In this document: positions 55,062 through 64,000 of the stretch, piece after piece
How positions within the stretch are numbered: position 1 is the first letter of the stretch
How the letters are laid out: each line of letters begins with the position of its first letter
From: an uncultured Phycisphaerales bacterium
GTDB taxonomy: Bacteria > Planctomycetota > Phycisphaerae > Tepidisphaerales > Tepidisphaeraceae
Direction of reading: 5' to 3'
Length of the DNA: 64,000 nt
Assembly (NCBI GenBank): GCA_963758525.1
Contig: CAVWVQ010000003.1
Coordinates: 1,728,001 to 1,792,000, forward strand
Program-made: the position numbers and the translations under genes
Notes under the pieces: model-generated
Seen by the model: only the letters and a program-made list of their open reading frames with translations
Told to the model about the DNA's origin: nothing
Database searches by the model: none

Positions 55062-55115
55062 TAGGTTCGCACACGTATACCTTGCTCAGTTTCCAAAGCG
55101 TCAGTGACGCAACCA

Positions 55116-55172
55116 TGTAGCACGGCCGTCTCGGCAGTGGCTTTGAAATCACAGCGGGACGGCCGTGCTACA
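55116..55172. repeat. GTAG-type REP palindrome
   Basis: tgtagcacggccgtc ... gacggccgtgctaca, perfect 15-bp arms. Confidence 0.85.
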
Positions 55173-55325
55173 GAGGAATCGCCCTTCTGGTGCCTCCGAA
55201 ATAATCTGATCACGTAATTCGTGCGCGGGCCCCGCTGGCGATCGTCGGAGAGCGTACAACCGGCGGGAGACTCGCTCTGGCCTTTGCCAACCGGACAGCA
55301 TCAAGCTGTCGCCTGCCGGTCCGAT

Positions 55326-55901
55326 TCATGGAACCATTCCATCCAGCCGTTGTACCAAGTCGACGCTGCTGGTGATCCACCACAATTGTTTATGGTGATG
55401 CACCGTCGCGAGGATATCCCTGCCCGGCCAGGCGATGGAAAAGTCGCTTCCCATCAAATATTGCAAAAGCCCCTCAAGCAGCCTGCTGAACGACTCTGCC
55501 TCATCGGGCGAGAATTCGAGCGCCGCGGCATTGTTGCGCACGATCAGAAGCCGGCTGTCGATGCCAATGTCGTCGAGCAATCTCGGCATCCACGCCTTGC
55601 TCCCGAAATCAAGCTCATACGACCAGTGACTCTTGGGCATGACCCACGCCACGCCCCCCAGCGCATCGATCCAGACGCGAGTCGCAAGGGCCGCAAGATT
55701 CTGTTCAAGCGGTGCTGGAATCGAGCGGACAAACGCGAGGGCTTCGGGGCGGATCGTTGAGTCGGCCGGCCCGATCCATCCGCGGGCAAAAGTTTCCCTG
55801 CCGGTCGGAAAACCGAAAGCGCCGCTGTTGTGATACAGAGACCGAAACCCGTCGGACGTCATCCGCGCGAGCACATCCGGATAGTCGATAATGCGAGGCA
55901 A
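55326..55901 (-). CDS. hypothetical protein
   Basis: 191-aa ORF with ordinary globular composition (TVHHHKQLWW). Confidence 0.65.
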   Translation of the reverse strand: MPRIIDYPDVLARMTSDGFRSLYHNSGAFGFPTGRETFARGWIGPADSTIRPEALAFVRSIPAPLEQNLAALATRVWIDALGGVAWVMPKSHWSYELDFGSKAWMPRLLDDIGIDSRLLIVRNNAAALEFSPDEAESFSRLLEGLLQYLMGSDFSIAWPGRDILATVHHHKQLWWITSSVDLVQRLDGMVP

Positions 55902-55979
55902 ACTTGCTCCCGGGGGCGTTCTGTCCGTGCGCGCCGGCTTGAGAGCACGTTCAGAAGCGACATATACACAGTTCGATGG

Positions 55980-56290
55980 TTAGCCGCGCCGCGCAGCGAA
56001 GCGCGTCCTGCGAGCGCGGCAAGCCGACGCGAGCCGCACATCCAACAAATACGTCGGACCAGCTTCGCTTCGCGGGCGGCTATCTGCTCTTCCCGCGGTA
56101 AAAGCCCGCGCAACGTGAGCACTCGACCCCCTCTCCCGGTAATCCCGGAGATCTCGTTTCGCTGCCCCCTCTCCCGGTAATCCGGGAGAGGGTTGGGGTG
56201 AGGGTGATTTCGAGGACCAGCGGCGCCGGACGTTTCGAGTCACCCGCGTAGCGAACCGCGTCCGCGCTTCGCTGCGCGGCTAGCTACGCG
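55980..56290. repeat. cluster of REP-like palindromes
   Basis: tagccgcg..gcagcgaagcgcg / cgcgcttcgctgcgcggcta arms; tandem ccccctctcccggtaatcc copies. Confidence 0.7.
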
Positions 56291-56301
56291 GCGGCCTTCC
56301 C

Positions 56302-57243
56302 TCACGGCTGCGTTGCCGGCTGTGTCGCTGCGGGCTGAGTCGCCGCGTCCTTCTTCCCGCCAAAATACTCCTCGTCGTACTGCGGCTTGGCCTGCTTCTT
56401 CAGCTCGGCGACCAGCATTTCAAATCGCCGCTGCGCGACCCGCTGATGCGCGTCGGCGAACGACGGCGCCGTCTGGCCGCTGGTGACCTGAATGATGTGA
56501 TACCCGTACTGGGTGCGGACCGGATCGCTGATCTGTCCCTTTTTCAGCGAGAAGACGGCAGCCTCGAAGGGTGCAACCATCTTGCCCCTGCTCACAACCC
56601 CCAGGTCGCCGCCCTGTGCGCCCGAGGAGGTGTCATCCGATTCAGCTTTGGCGACAGCCGCAAAGTCTTCCCCCTTGTCAAGCCGGGCCTTGATCTGCTG
56701 CGCTTTGGCGAGCGCTTCGGCGTCAGACAGCTTCTTCGTGGTCGGCACGGCTGAATCGCCGGTGGCCACGAGAATGTGGCGCGCGCTGACTTCCGAGAAG
56801 TAGTCCTTGTTGTCATTGAAAAACTTCTCGTCGCCGCCGCTGTCATCTGACAGCGATTGCGTCAATGCTTCGGCCAGCAATTGCTGCTCCCGCAGCCGCG
56901 TGGCGGGAACCTGATCGAGCTTGCGGCGCCGCGCCTCGTCGGAAAGAACTTTGAGGTTGATCAGTTCGTCTATCAGCCGGCGCTTTTTCTCAGGATGAGC
57001 GGCAATGTCAGCCTGCTGCTGCGGCGCGAGGCTGGCAAGAAGCCCTTCAAATTCGCCGGCGGTGATTTTTTCATCCGCCACCGAGGCAATCACCCGGTTC
57101 GGGTCCGCCGCTGGCTGCGTGGCGGGCGCCGCGGGAAGCGCCGGCGGAGTATAAAACGGAACATCTTCCTTGCCCGCGGCAAACAGCATGGTCGCAGTCG
57201 ACAATCCGACGGCAACGCCGAGCACAACAGTAGCTTTCTTCAA
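56302..57243 (-). CDS. PpiC-type peptidyl-prolyl isomerase, exported
   Basis: SARHILV, AESDD..GGDLG, PFEAAVF, TQYGYHII; ATQP repeats; start uncertain. Confidence 0.9.
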   Translation of the reverse strand: MKKATVVLGVAVGLSTATMLFAAGKEDVPFYTPPALPAAPATQPAADPNRVIASVADEKITAGEFEGLLASLAPQQQADIAAHPEKKRRLIDELINLKVLSDEARRRKLDQVPATRLREQQLLAEALTQSLSDDSGGDEKFFNDNKDYFSEVSARHILVATGDSAVPTTKKLSDAEALAKAQQIKARLDKGEDFAAVAKAESDDTSSGAQGGDLGVVSRGKMVAPFEAAVFSLKKGQISDPVRTQYGYHIIQVTSGQTAPSFADAHQRVAQRRFEMLVAELKKQAKPQYDEEYFGGKKDAATQPAATQPATQP

Positions 57244-57623
57244 TGCAACTCTCCGATGAAAAACCTCGCGCCCCTCGCAAGACCGCAATGTATCTCATCC
57301 CCGAAGCCGAGGAAAGTCGCGGAAGAAGACGCAGTGCGCGCAAAGGAAGTTGGTGGCATGAAAATGCCATGCGGAAAAGCAGCCCCGTCGAGTTGTGCTT
57401 CCCGTTTCGACATTCGTCATTCGGGTTTCGGACTTGATTCGGATTTCGGGTTTCGTCATTCGGATTTCCCTGACCTGTTTGGGGTTTGGTGCTTTGTTGG
57501 CCATTGGGCCTTGGCCATTTCTTCTCTGAAAAGGGGAGACGCCAGGCAGCCCCCGGCGGGAGTCCCGTAAAGTGATGACCCTTTGGGGCCGATGTTGCAA
57601 TAGCTACCCTTAAGGAGTTCGTA

Positions 57624-58562
57624 ATGCGTTTGGTCACACGGTCAGATTTCGACGGTTTAATTTGCGCGGTGCTGCTGAAGCATATTGGCAAGATCGACTC
57701 CATCAAATTCGTCCATCCCAAGGATCTGCAGGACGGAAACTTTGCCGTCACCGCTGACGACGTGTTGACCAACGTCCCATTTGTCCCCGGCTGCGGCCTC
57801 TGGTTCGATCACCACGCTACGGAAGTCGAACGCGTCGTCGGCAAATTGCCGTTCAAGGGCGAGTGCCGGTTGGCGCCCAGCGCGGCCAGAGTCGTGTATG
57901 AATACTTTGGCAGCGCCAGGCAGTTCCCCGGCATGGAAGAAATGATGCTCGGGGTTGATAAGGCCGATTCCGCCCAGTTCGACCGCGACGAAATCCTCAA
58001 GCCCACCGGCTGGAACCTGCTGTCGTTCGTGATGGATTCCAGGACCGGCCTGGGCCGATTCAAGGATTACCGCATCAGCAACTATCAGCTCATGTACGAC
58101 CTGATCGACGCCTGCCTGAAGCTGTCCATCGATCAGATCCTGAATCTGCCGGATGTGCAGGAGCGTGTGAAACGCTACTTCGAGCATGATGTGCTGTTCC
58201 GGGAAATGGTCAGCAAACACAGCCGCACGGTCGGCGACGTGATCATCAGCGATCTGCGCGACGTCGATCTCATCTATTGCGGCAACCGCTTCCTGGTCTA
58301 CGCCATGCATCCGAAGCAGAACTGCTCCATCTGGATCGTCAACGGCCGCGAGAACCGCAATGTCTCCTTCGCCTGCGGCCACAGCATCATCAACAAAACC
58401 TGCAAAGTCGACATCGGCTCCATCGTCCGCAAATTCGGCGGCGGCGGACATCGCGTCGCCGGCACCTGCCAGGTATCCCACGAGTCCGCGCAAGAGACGT
58501 TGCAAGCCCTCATCGATGAAATGTCCGGTCAGAAAACAGGCACCCGCGTGCTGGCCGCATAG
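57624..58562 (+). CDS. DHH-family phosphoesterase (exopolyphosphatase/nanoRNase-like)
   Basis: TRSDFDG, FDHH, GGGGHRVAG. Confidence 0.88.
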   Translation: MRLVTRSDFDGLICAVLLKHIGKIDSIKFVHPKDLQDGNFAVTADDVLTNVPFVPGCGLWFDHHATEVERVVGKLPFKGECRLAPSAARVVYEYFGSARQFPGMEEMMLGVDKADSAQFDRDEILKPTGWNLLSFVMDSRTGLGRFKDYRISNYQLMYDLIDACLKLSIDQILNLPDVQERVKRYFEHDVLFREMVSKHSRTVGDVIISDLRDVDLIYCGNRFLVYAMHPKQNCSIWIVNGRENRNVSFACGHSIINKTCKVDIGSIVRKFGGGGHRVAGTCQVSHESAQETLQALIDEMSGQKTGTRVLAA

Positions 58563-58648
58563 CGCCAGCTTCACACGGCATCGATGAGGAATTTGAGCGA
58601 CACAAAATGATCCTTCCCGCGTGCGTAGCACTCAAAATTCTTTAGCCG

Positions 58649-58761
58649 CCCCGCTTGCGGGGTGTGTCCAGCGGCGCAATCCCCGAAAACGCGCAGTTCC
58701 GTGCTCCCCGCTTGCGGGGCGTGTCCAGCGGCGCGATCCCCGAAAACGCGCAGTTCCGTGC
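58649..58761. repeat. 57-bp tandem duplication
   Basis: ccccgcttgcgggg(t/c)gtgtccagcggcgc(a/g)atccccgaaaacgcgcagttccgtgc twice. Confidence 0.9.
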
Positions 58762-58780
58762 ACTTATCTGAAAGCAGCGT

Positions 58781-59362
58781 TCAGTACGTCGCCCCGTGCT
58801 CCAGCAGAAGTTCCGCGATCGCCGGGGAATGATAGCGGCGCGCAATCACCAGCGGCGGCGGGGCCCGATCGGTGCGGGCGTTCACATCAGCGCCATGACG
58901 AATGAGCATCGCGGCGGTCGCGTAATCCCGATTCCAGGTGGCGTAGTCCAGAGCCGTCCAGTCGTTGTGATCCCGAGCCTCGACGTTGGCTCCCTTCTCA
59001 ACCAGAAACGCCGCCACGTCCCCCGACCGGTAAAACACCGCCTCGATCAGCGGCGTCCCCTGCTCGCTATCGCGGGCTTCGAGATTGGCGCCATGTTCCA
59101 CCAGCACCCGCGCCGCTGCCAGTTGATCGGCATAGGCCGCGTAATGCAACGGCGTATAACTGCTGGAGTCCGGCGCATTGACGTCCGCCCCCAACGCGAT
59201 GAGCGCGCTGATCCGATCGGTCCGCCCGCTCCTGGCCGCGCCCGTCAACGTATTGACGCTCGCCGGAGAATTCGCGGCGCACCCAACCAGACACGAGGCG
59301 GCAAACCCCACCGCCATGGCAAACACGAAACAACGACGTGAGATATGTGAGATCAACTTCAT
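58781..59362 (-). CDS. ankyrin-repeat protein, probable lipoprotein
   Basis: TPLHYAA, TPLIEAV, TALDYA; signal peptide ending LVGC. Confidence 0.88.
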   Translation of the reverse strand: MKLISHISRRCFVFAMAVGFAASCLVGCAANSPASVNTLTGAARSGRTDRISALIALGADVNAPDSSSYTPLHYAAYADQLAAARVLVEHGANLEARDSEQGTPLIEAVFYRSGDVAAFLVEKGANVEARDHNDWTALDYATWNRDYATAAMLIRHGADVNARTDRAPPPLVIARRYHSPAIAELLLEHGATY

Positions 59363-59589
59363 ATCGGCAACGTTCATACCGAAGCTCCCGTACGACGTCC
59401 TTTGCGGATCAGAAGCATACGGTAGCAAGAGCAGCAGTTTGCCGGCACTGGGAATTCAGCCGCAGCGATCGAGTCCCGATGTCAGGCATGGGATCGGGCC
59501 CCGCAATTGCATCAAAATGACATCATCGGATCACTGGCGTTCGGACGCCGCGACATTTTCGCTGCACGCCGAAGCGAGGCACGCAACCG

Positions 59590-60084
59590 CTACCCCTCGG
59601 CGGCATCCGCGAACGCGACGTTGCCGGGATGAATGTCGAGCAGCGTGAAGCCGGTTGCCAGCCGGAACATCTCGGCGACGTGTAATGCGTCGTCCAACCG
59701 ATCGCCGAACATCTCGCGCATGCGCTCCTGATGCTCGGCTACGATCTCTGCGTCAAAATCCGGGACCTGATTTGGCCGTTTCGCCCCGGCGAAATCCAGC
59801 ACGAACGGCCGCTCAACGATCGTCATCTCGATGGCAAGTAACGCATCATCAAAATCGAGGAGCTTGGGAACATTGTGGTCCGCGATGCGCCGCGTTCCTT
59901 TGGCAGACAGAATCAGATAAACTTCCAGTTCACGCTCAAATCGCTCGCGCCGGTCAAAGAATTTAACGGCACTGAACCGATCTGAGCGCAACACGAAGCC
60001 GTCTTGTCCTGGTCCCGACCCCAGGAAGCCCTGCAGTTGGCAATTGTACCGCGAGGTAAAAACGGCTATTCGAGGATCGACCAT
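59590..60084 (-). CDS. small kinase-like protein
   Basis: LGSGPGQDG Gly-loop, AVK, ERE, LDF, DIHPGN. Confidence 0.6.
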   Translation of the reverse strand: MVDPRIAVFTSRYNCQLQGFLGSGPGQDGFVLRSDRFSAVKFFDRRERFERELEVYLILSAKGTRRIADHNVPKLLDFDDALLAIEMTIVERPFVLDFAGAKRPNQVPDFDAEIVAEHQERMREMFGDRLDDALHVAEMFRLATGFTLLDIHPGNVAFADAAEG

Positions 60085-60361
60085 GGAACCCTCCCTCAAA
60101 TCCCCAACGCCCCGCGCCGGCTCGCCATGGACCTATGCATCGCTCGCCGTGATAGACGGCCAGCGATGCCTGAAGCCGGCGCAGGTGGGACCGGATCATC
60201 TGCTGTTCTCCAAGCCCCCTCGCCTGACAGGCGAGCGGATCGAGATCATCCTCCAAAACGGCGACGAAGAGCAACGCAGCTTCGCCAATGTCCTCCCGCA
60301 TCCCGCCGATGCCACGATGATACCAATTCAGCTTCTGATACCCAGCCAAAGCCCATCGTGA
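60083..60361 (+). CDS. hypothetical protein
   Basis: 92-aa beta-rich ORF (AQVGPDHLLF), divergent from the kinase-like gene. Confidence 0.45.
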   Translation: MEPSLKSPTPRAGSPWTYASLAVIDGQRCLKPAQVGPDHLLFSKPPRLTGERIEIILQNGDEEQRSFANVLPHPADATMIPIQLLIPSQSPS

Positions 60362-60376
60362 GAATTTCTTCTCGCG

Positions 60377-60484
60377 ACGGACGTGGGGCCGCGTTCGGAT
60401 GAACGCGGAAGTTCGCAATTGGCCCGGGAAACTTCCCTCGGTGGCATAGCTTCAATGGAGCCGCGCGCGTGAAGGGGCGGAAAT
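60377..60484 (-). CRISPR. single-spacer mini-array of degenerate type I-G repeats
   Basis: Minus strand: ATTTCCGCCCCTTCACGCGCGCGGCTCCATTGAAGC (36 nt), 36-nt spacer, ACTTCCGCGTTCATCCGAACGCGGCCCCACGTCCGT (36 nt). Confidence 0.8.
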
Positions 60485-60908
60485 CGTGGGCTCCTTGTGG
60501 GTCGCGACCGCAATTCGCCACGAAAATAAATCGCTGCACCGGACAATTCCCACTGAACCACTGTTGTCAGTGACGCTTGGTAGAAGCAGTCAACGGCAAA
60601 CGCTGAACGCGCCCCGTTTAGCCGGTGGGCACCTGTCTTGAGCGAAGTCGAAAGGATGCCCGCCGTGTCGCCGCAGGCGAACCCCCCCCCTGTCGCGAGT
60701 ACGGAAAATGTTTGGTGAACGGTTTGCGGCTCGATAACGTACGCCTGCTCACATCGGGGGAACTCAAGAAGTACCCCGACCGAGCCGGAGGCCAGGGTGG
60801 CCGAAGCTCCGCACTATCGGGGCGACGCGCGGAACGAGCGAATTATGCCAATGAGCGAATGAGTGGAACACTCGTCCGCGTGACGGTTTGACTGCAAAGG
60901 GCGGCCAA

Positions 60909-63572
60909 ATGACCCCGGAACAATTCAGGATCGTGTTCAAGCAACTGACCGACAACCGGCCATTTCCATGGCAAGAGGCGCTCTACGAGCAATTCATCTC
61001 AGATCGGCCTGACAACATCCCCGCGTCGTGTAACATCCCTACGGGATTGGGGAAAACCTCCGTCATCGCAATCTGGCTGATCGCGCTTCTGAACCATCCT
61101 GCCAAGATGCCGCGCCGTCTCGTCTACGTCGTCAATCGACGGACGGTGGTGGACCAGACAACAACAGAAGTCGAAAAACTTCGTGAAAACCTGCCGAAAT
61201 TGAAATCTTCTCTGAACGCTCTGGCGATCAGCACACTGCGTGGTCAATTTGCCGACAACCGCGAATGGTCCGCCGACCCTTCTCGCCCGGCAGTGATATG
61301 TGGGACGGTGGACATGATCGGTTCGCGATTGCTGTTTAGCGGATATGGCATTGGTCGAAACAGCAAACCGCATCATGCGGGTCTGTTGGGGCAGGATGTG
61401 CTGCTCGTGCATGATGAAGCCCATCTTGAGCCGGCATTTCAGGAGTTGCTTCTTTCGATTGAGAAACAACAAAGCGAGCTTGAGCGGACAGCCCTTCCCT
61501 GGCGCAAACTACGAGTGATGGAGCTTTCCGCCACTTCCCGCAGCGGAGGCGAAGTTTTTGAACTTACGGAAGCCGAGAAGACGCCACCAAATCCGCTACC
61601 CGATAGCCCTTCAGATCCGATCCACTTTGCGTGGCTTCGACTCAGTGCAAAGAAAGGCATCAAGCTGATCCCGGTTACAAGGAATCTTGTTGCCGCGACG
61701 ATCGGCAGCATCGCTCTCGACCGTTGGAAGTCCTCCGGTAAAGCAATCCTGATTTTCGTACGCTCCATCGATGACGTAAAGGCCGTCCGTGCGGAGTTAA
61801 CCAAGAAGATGATCGGCGTTCCCGATGACCAAGTTCAAATTCTCACAGGCACGAAGCGCGGCTTGGAACGAAATCGGTTGGCGACGGATGACGCGGTCTT
61901 CGCTCGTTTTCTTCATTCTCCGATTGCCACTCCCAAGTCTGGAACTGTGTACCTGATCAGCACATCAGCCGGGGAGGTGGGGGTGGACCTTTCGGCCGAC
62001 CATCTTGTCTGCGATCTGACTCCACTTGATAGTTTCATGCAGCGCCTAGGACGCGTCAATCGTCGGGGTTTCGGCGCCGCGGAGGTTGATGTTATCTATG
62101 AATCGAATCCCGACCCGAAGCCCAGATCGCCAAAGTTTGAGGCGGCGCGTCTGAAAACTCGCGACGTTCTTGCCACTCGTCTCGTCAAAGCGGATTGGAT
62201 TGAGGACCGACTGGATGGATCGCCGCTCGCGCTTCGCGGGCTAAACCTCAGCGATCTTGAGCGTGACGAAGCGTTCACACCCAAGCCAAGGATCGTACCC
62301 GCGACTGAAATCGTGTTCGATTCCTGGTCACTCACAACGATCAAGCATGAATTTCCCGGTCGGCCGCACGTCGAACCATACCTGCATGGGATCGCGGATT
62401 GGGATCCTCCACAAACCCAGGTCGCCTGGCGCGAGGAGGTTGGAGTCATCACCGCAGGCCTGCTGGGCGAATACGAGCCGTCCGATCTTCTCGAATACTA
62501 CCCGCTCAAGCCGCATGAATGGCTCACCGACCGCTCGGACCGCGTATCGAAAGAACTTGCCGACATCGCAGATCGGAACAACGGTCAATTTGCCGATACG
62601 CCCGTGTGGCTCGTGGATGGGACGGGCGCAGTTAATGTCGTCAGGCTTGGAGAGCTCGCCGACAAACAGAGGAAAGGCCAAATCGAAGGTCGGACCGTCC
62701 TGCTTCCGCCCATGGTTGGTGGACTGACGGGTGACGGAATGTTGGATGGGAAATCACCGTCTGCAAATGACGTGGCCGACGAATTCAAGGTCGAGGTGAA
62801 GAGCAATGGGATCGAATCGCTCGAAAACGGGCGTGTCCGCGTATGGGACAGCGACCCGATGCGAAGTGGAAAAGTGAAATGGATGCGCTTTATCTGCAAG
62901 ATTGTCCCGGCGTCAGAAAGTCAAAATGGTGACGAGGATTCTCCCCCGAACTCATGGCAGTGGTTCAAACGCGCCGAGGTTGGCGATACCGATGGATCAA
63001 AGGCCGCGGCCGCACCAGTCTTATGCGACGTTCACACGGCCGACGTAGTCCGCGAAACAGAGGGCTTCATCTCTCGCCTCCCCGAACTTCCCGACGCATT
63101 GAGACGGGTCCTCAAACTTGCCGCATACTATCACGATCAGGGGAAACGCCGCGAGCTGTTCCAGCGGGTGCTCGGTAACACAAATTTGTCAGTAGCGTGG
63201 GCAAAGTCCGGTGGACGGAGAACGCCCCGTGACCTTCGCACTCCGTACCGCCATGAATTCGGCTCCCTCCTGGACATCCAGCAATCCGGTGAATTCAAGT
63301 CGCTTGACACCCACGCGCAGGATCTCGTGCTGCACCTCATCGCTGCCCACCACGGCCGCGCGCGGCCTCACTTCGAAGGCGAAGAGGTTTTCGACCCGGA
63401 TCACCCCGATGACGTCGCCATCGCGTTGGCGACCGAGACGCCCCGACGCTTCGCCCGGCTCCAACGCAAGTTCGGACGATGGGGGCTAGCTTACATCGAA
63501 TCCCTGCTCCGCGCGGCCGATCACGCGGCCAGTGCATGCCCGTCGGAAACTGTGAAGGAAGATTACGAATGA
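60909..63572 (+). CDS. cas3: type I-G (I-U) Cas3 helicase with C-terminal HD nuclease
   Basis: PFPWQ, PTGLGKT, YVVNRRTVVDQ, DEAH, SAT, QRLGRVNRRG; C-terminal HDQGK, RHE, AHHG, LRAAD. Confidence 0.93.
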   Translation: MTPEQFRIVFKQLTDNRPFPWQEALYEQFISDRPDNIPASCNIPTGLGKTSVIAIWLIALLNHPAKMPRRLVYVVNRRTVVDQTTTEVEKLRENLPKLKSSLNALAISTLRGQFADNREWSADPSRPAVICGTVDMIGSRLLFSGYGIGRNSKPHHAGLLGQDVLLVHDEAHLEPAFQELLLSIEKQQSELERTALPWRKLRVMELSATSRSGGEVFELTEAEKTPPNPLPDSPSDPIHFAWLRLSAKKGIKLIPVTRNLVAATIGSIALDRWKSSGKAILIFVRSIDDVKAVRAELTKKMIGVPDDQVQILTGTKRGLERNRLATDDAVFARFLHSPIATPKSGTVYLISTSAGEVGVDLSADHLVCDLTPLDSFMQRLGRVNRRGFGAAEVDVIYESNPDPKPRSPKFEAARLKTRDVLATRLVKADWIEDRLDGSPLALRGLNLSDLERDEAFTPKPRIVPATEIVFDSWSLTTIKHEFPGRPHVEPYLHGIADWDPPQTQVAWREEVGVITAGLLGEYEPSDLLEYYPLKPHEWLTDRSDRVSKELADIADRNNGQFADTPVWLVDGTGAVNVVRLGELADKQRKGQIEGRTVLLPPMVGGLTGDGMLDGKSPSANDVADEFKVEVKSNGIESLENGRVRVWDSDPMRSGKVKWMRFICKIVPASESQNGDEDSPPNSWQWFKRAEVGDTDGSKAAAAPVLCDVHTADVVRETEGFISRLPELPDALRRVLKLAAYYHDQGKRRELFQRVLGNTNLSVAWAKSGGRRTPRDLRTPYRHEFGSLLDIQQSGEFKSLDTHAQDLVLHLIAAHHGRARPHFEGEEVFDPDHPDDVAIALATETPRRFARLQRKFGRWGLAYIESLLRAADHAASACPSETVKEDYE

Positions 63573-64000
63573 GTAAACCCCTCACTGTCAAAGTAGATCT
63601 GACCAACCCCGGCCAGTTCTTCGCCTGCTGCGGTCTGCTGGAACTCGCCAGCAGGTTGGACACTCACGCGGAGGGTTGGTTTAAGGAGGACTCGTTTTGC
63701 GTCGCGGGACAAATTGAGGGCGTGGTAGACAAATTTCTGGCCTGCAACGTCAGTCCGATCCCGACAGAACCTTCCGCAGGCAACGACGACGATGACGCAG
63801 AAGCGGACGATGCCGCGGTGCCTAAGACTACACCGCTTCAAGTCGGACCTCCGTTTAACATTCGCCTTGACTGGTGGCGCGATCCGGCTGCGACCACGAA
63901 GGCCAAGCTCAAGACGTGGTCCGCCGGTCAGAAGGTGACCGATCTTTTCAACGGAACGACCAAGACCCGCACAACGAAGAAAGGACCAAAGGACTCCTAT
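63569..64000 (+). CDS. cas8: type I-G/I-U Cas8 large subunit, partial
   Basis: MSKPLTVKVDLTNPGQFFACCGLLELA...LDWW...KTWSAGQ; ATGA overlap with the cas3 stop. Confidence 0.8.
   Translation, partial: MSKPLTVKVDLTNPGQFFACCGLLELASRLDTHAEGWFKEDSFCVAGQIEGVVDKFLACNVSPIPTEPSAGNDDDDAEADDAAVPKTTPLQVGPPFNIRLDWWRDPAATTKAKLKTWSAGQKVTDLFNGTTKTRTTKKGPKDSY

Noticed and set aside
58649..58761. 57-bp duplication with a CCCCGCTTGCGGGG palindrome near cas3 as a CRISPR array
   Set aside because: Units are near-identical end to end with no unique spacer and do not resemble the I-G repeat

Overview
High-GC bacterial window, probably Planctomycetota/Phycisphaerae (inferred from ATQP low-complexity protein tails, many REP-like palindromes and an ECF sigma + vWA anti-sigma pair). 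In order: (1) an exopolysaccharide-tailoring cluster (GT4s, deacetylase) with a stand-alone NRPS A-PCP carrying a Leu-type code, a P450 and a GNAT-like gene (2.8-10.9 kb); (2) a minus-strand defence operon: type III-like Res, RhuM, four-helix bundle, Mod, RES toxin, Xre-like antitoxin, UvrD (11.1-22.0 kb); (3) a Wzm/Wzt surface-glycan locus rich in methyl- and acyltransferases (24-42 kb); (4) housekeeping genes; (5) a decayed defence islet with an Abi (HEPN) gene, an upstream hairpin and gene remnants (47-50 kb); (6) TPR, ECF/vWA, PPIase, DHH and ankyrin genes; (7) the start of a type I-G (I-U) CRISPR-Cas operon (cas3, partial cas8). Best observation: a single-spacer mini-CRISPR at 60377-60484, divergent from cas3, whose spacer matches 13 of 16 PAM-proximal bases at a site 50-65 nt upstream of the cas3 start. 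This is a candidate RNA-guided autorepressor of the I-G system. Many genes carry single-base frameshifts, most likely assembly errors.
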